Assembly: GCA_043228905.1 (NCBI GenBank)
Contig: JBHGNT010000002.1
Coordinates: forward strand, 7,626,001 to 7,690,000
Direction of reading: 5' to 3'
Length of the DNA: 64,000 nucleotides
Source of the DNA: Azolla caroliniana
Lineage: Eukaryota > Plantae > Polypodiophyta
The notes below the pieces were generated by a model, which searched no databases, had not been told where the DNA came from, and saw nothing but the letters and a program-made list of their open reading frames with translations. Both the position numbers and the translations under genes were made by a program. Position 1 is the stretch's first letter. Every line of letters starts with the position of its first letter. This document shows, piece by piece, positions 61,764 through 64,000 of the stretch.

Positions 61764-63434
61764 CCGCGTGTGGTTGTCGATGAAGGAGACGAAATATTGG
61801 CTCCCGCCAAGACTAACGTTTTGTGCCGGCCCCCATACATCAGAGTGTATAAGGTCGAGGTTGTTCCGGCTCCGGTTTCGCTCGTTGGGGAAAGGAAGTC
61901 GGTGTTGCTTCCCGAGCTGGCAGGCTTCACAAATTTGTGCCTTTCGGCCACTAAATTTGGGCAATCCGAACACTACCTGTTTCGATTGCAGATCTTGAAG
62001 CCGCTGGTGGTTGACGTGGCCTATCCGCTTGTGCCACAAGTCGATGTCCAACTCGGATTTTGTTCCCTTCGCGAACATTGCGGTGCCGCCGTCAGTGGAG
62101 TCGAGGATGAACATCCTCTCGTCTCTGCGCCCTTGCGCAATCACACGACCTTCTTCCTCAATGAAGCACCCGAGGTGTGTAAACCGAACCTCCATCCCTT
62201 GGTCGACAATCTGTCCGACCGAGACCATGTTTTTCGTGATTGTCGGAACATGCAACACGTTCATGAGTTTCCCTTTCTGCCCGACATGGCTAAGGGGAAC
62301 TTCTCCGACATTCGCGATCGGATGCAGAGTGTCGTCTTCAGTTGCGACTACTCCAGGTTGTATCGGTTTTTCAAGGTACGAGAACCACTCCTTATGGCTC
62401 GTCATGTGGTTTGACGCGCCGGAGTCTACATACCACACCTCGTCCGATCTCGGGGTGCTCTGTTTCATTGAGTTTGCTTCGTGTCTCGTCACGAAGGCAG
62501 ACCCTTCTCCGGCTCTCCCGGAGTCTTCGGCGTAGTGCAATCGCTGCCGATTTCCCTTGTCGATATGTCTGGAGCCGTTTCCGGAACCGGTTCTCTCCGA
62601 ATCGGCGCGCTTCTTCCAGCACTCACTTTCCCTGTGGCCTTTCTTGCCACAGTACCAGCACTCCGCGATGGCCTTCCCTTGCCGGTTCTCATCGCTTCGA
62701 CTCCCCCTGTTTCCGGAGGGTTCGAAGTTGCTGTTGGCATCACTTCGGTGCCTTCTTCCTTGATCTCGTCGGCCGCCTCCATTGCACGCCGACTCGCCTC
62801 GTCCTCCACGTCCACGGGGCCTATCACCCTCCGTGCACAGCATTCTGCTGTCGGCGTGCGTGCTTGTAGATGCACCCGTGTGGTTCTCCTCTACTAGGAG
62901 CATTGACTGTAAGTCAAAAAAGGACGACGTATTCTCCTGGGTACACACAGCCGTTCGGAACGCTCCGAACTTCGACGCCAAACCTCCGAGACAGATCTGG
63001 ACCATCTCGCTCTCCTCAATGTTTACCTCTATGGAGGCGAGGGAGTCGTAGATATCCTTGATCTTCGAGGTATAGTCCGCCACCAACAAGTCGCATTGTC
63101 GTAGGTTGCTCAACTCCAGTCGGAGCTGAAGCTTCCTGGCTGTGGTGCTCGCGGCGAAAATCTTCTTCAGATTTTCCCACGCATCCTTCAGCGTCTTTGC
63201 ATCCCGAACATAGCTCAATAGTTGTTTGCCCACACACGACGCGAAGCAGTATAATACCCTGCTCGCCGATTGCTCCCACGACGGGAAGTCTCTATGTGTC
63301 GATTCGGGTGCTGCGTCATTAGCTACTTTGACATAACTCCAGTAGCCGTGCCCGGGTAGGTACTGGTGCATCTTGTAGGACCAAGACGCGTAGTTGGTTC
63401 TGTCGAGCTTCTCTGTTGGAAGCGAGCTCGCCAT
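61764..63434 (-). CDS. Copia B gag, protease and integrase N-terminus; interrupted by C
   Basis: MASSLPTEKLDRTNY, CWYCGKKGH, WYVDSGASNHM, LWHKRIGH, HSDVWGP, FIDNHTR. Confidence 0.9.
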
Positions 63435-63509
63435 GCCTCTATCCATCGTTCTTCTTCGTCAAGCTGTGTCGGCTGCAGAGAGGTTCTCAACCCTCGCGCT
63501 CTGATACCA

Positions 63510-63862
63510 TGTAGAAAGTATGAAGAAAGAATAGAAGGAAGAACACTCAGGTTTAATGGAGAGCTTGAGCTTACGCAGTATACGCGGGAGAGACAGAGAG
63601 AGTGAGAGAGAAGACACTAGAAAAAAATATATTCAAGAAAAACAACCATACATATATGTGTTCAATGAACTCTTTGTACAAGTCCTAGAAGGACTGACCG
63701 AAGTACTGACAGTACTTCAATGCTCATTAAGAGCTCCTACACTAACTCCCAAATATATTCCTCACGGAATATCTTTCCTAATGGCCTAACCGATCGGTCC
63801 CAACCGATCCGGTCCTCGGCTTCTTCAACCGATCCGGTCGATGTTGAGCTTGTCTCTCAACA
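63510..63862 (-). repeat. 5' LTR of copia B
   Basis: Adjacent to the PBS and the TSD. Confidence 0.94.
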
Positions 63863-64000
63863 GAAACTTTGTAAGAAAATGTTTTTGGACATTTTCAAAC
63901 TCTTTCCACGTAGATTTAGGGATGCTACCGCCCCATACTTCCACCCCATAGAGAAGAACCAGGGTCACCAAAGTGTTGAAAAGATATTTCTTGAGGACCC

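Larger units (their letters stand above)
52662..63862 (-). mobile_element. Ty1/copia element B (same lineage as A), full length, with copia C nested in its integrase
   Basis: LTRs 63510-63862 and 52662-53031; TSD GAAAC at 52657-52661 and 63863-63867; iMet PBS 63498-63509; PPT 53032-53040. Confidence 0.97.
51830..64000 (-). mobile_element. Non-LTR retrotransposon (RTE/RTEX/L2-like) 3' part, split by copia B into 51830-52661 and 63863-64000
   Basis: Joining across the TSD gives LLYGVEVWGG...QKHFLTKF|LQAKKQTPY...GLLPIE...RLSSHALRCETGRW...CTLC. (TATC)n tail near 51830-51845. Confidence 0.8.

Noticed and set aside
61674-62897. Long antisense and overlapping ORFs across the copia elements (also 53010-53633, 59241-59985, 2887-3361)
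   Set aside because: Shadow frames of GC-rich gag-pol with no recognisable domains.

Overview
Eukaryotic nuclear DNA from a land plant, probably a non-seed plant such as a fern (inferred from Tcn1-type self-priming chromoviruses, spliceosomal genes and a BOP-like gene). Most of the window is nested retrotransposon sequence with checkable LTRs, primer sites, PPTs and target-site duplications. It holds three chromodomain-type Ty3/gypsy elements, five Ty1/copia elements, solo LTRs, LINE fragments and a 5-kb non-autonomous TIR element with a palindrome/LTR tandem array. Host genes are a single-exon dirigent gene, a 7-exon EF-hand Na+/Ca2+ exchanger-like (NCL) gene and a BOP-like BTB pseudogene. 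The most notable signals: (i) the gypsy LTRs share a modular design of antisense tRNA-like A/B boxes, heat-shock elements, TATA and a self-primer that co-varies with the PBS; (ii) a fold-back TIR element carries seven tandem copies of that tRNA-like LTR module between 33-bp palindromes; (iii) a conserved -1 frameshift cassette sits at the gag/pol junction; (iv) there are local templated DNA captures. All coordinates were read by eye and no database searches were run.
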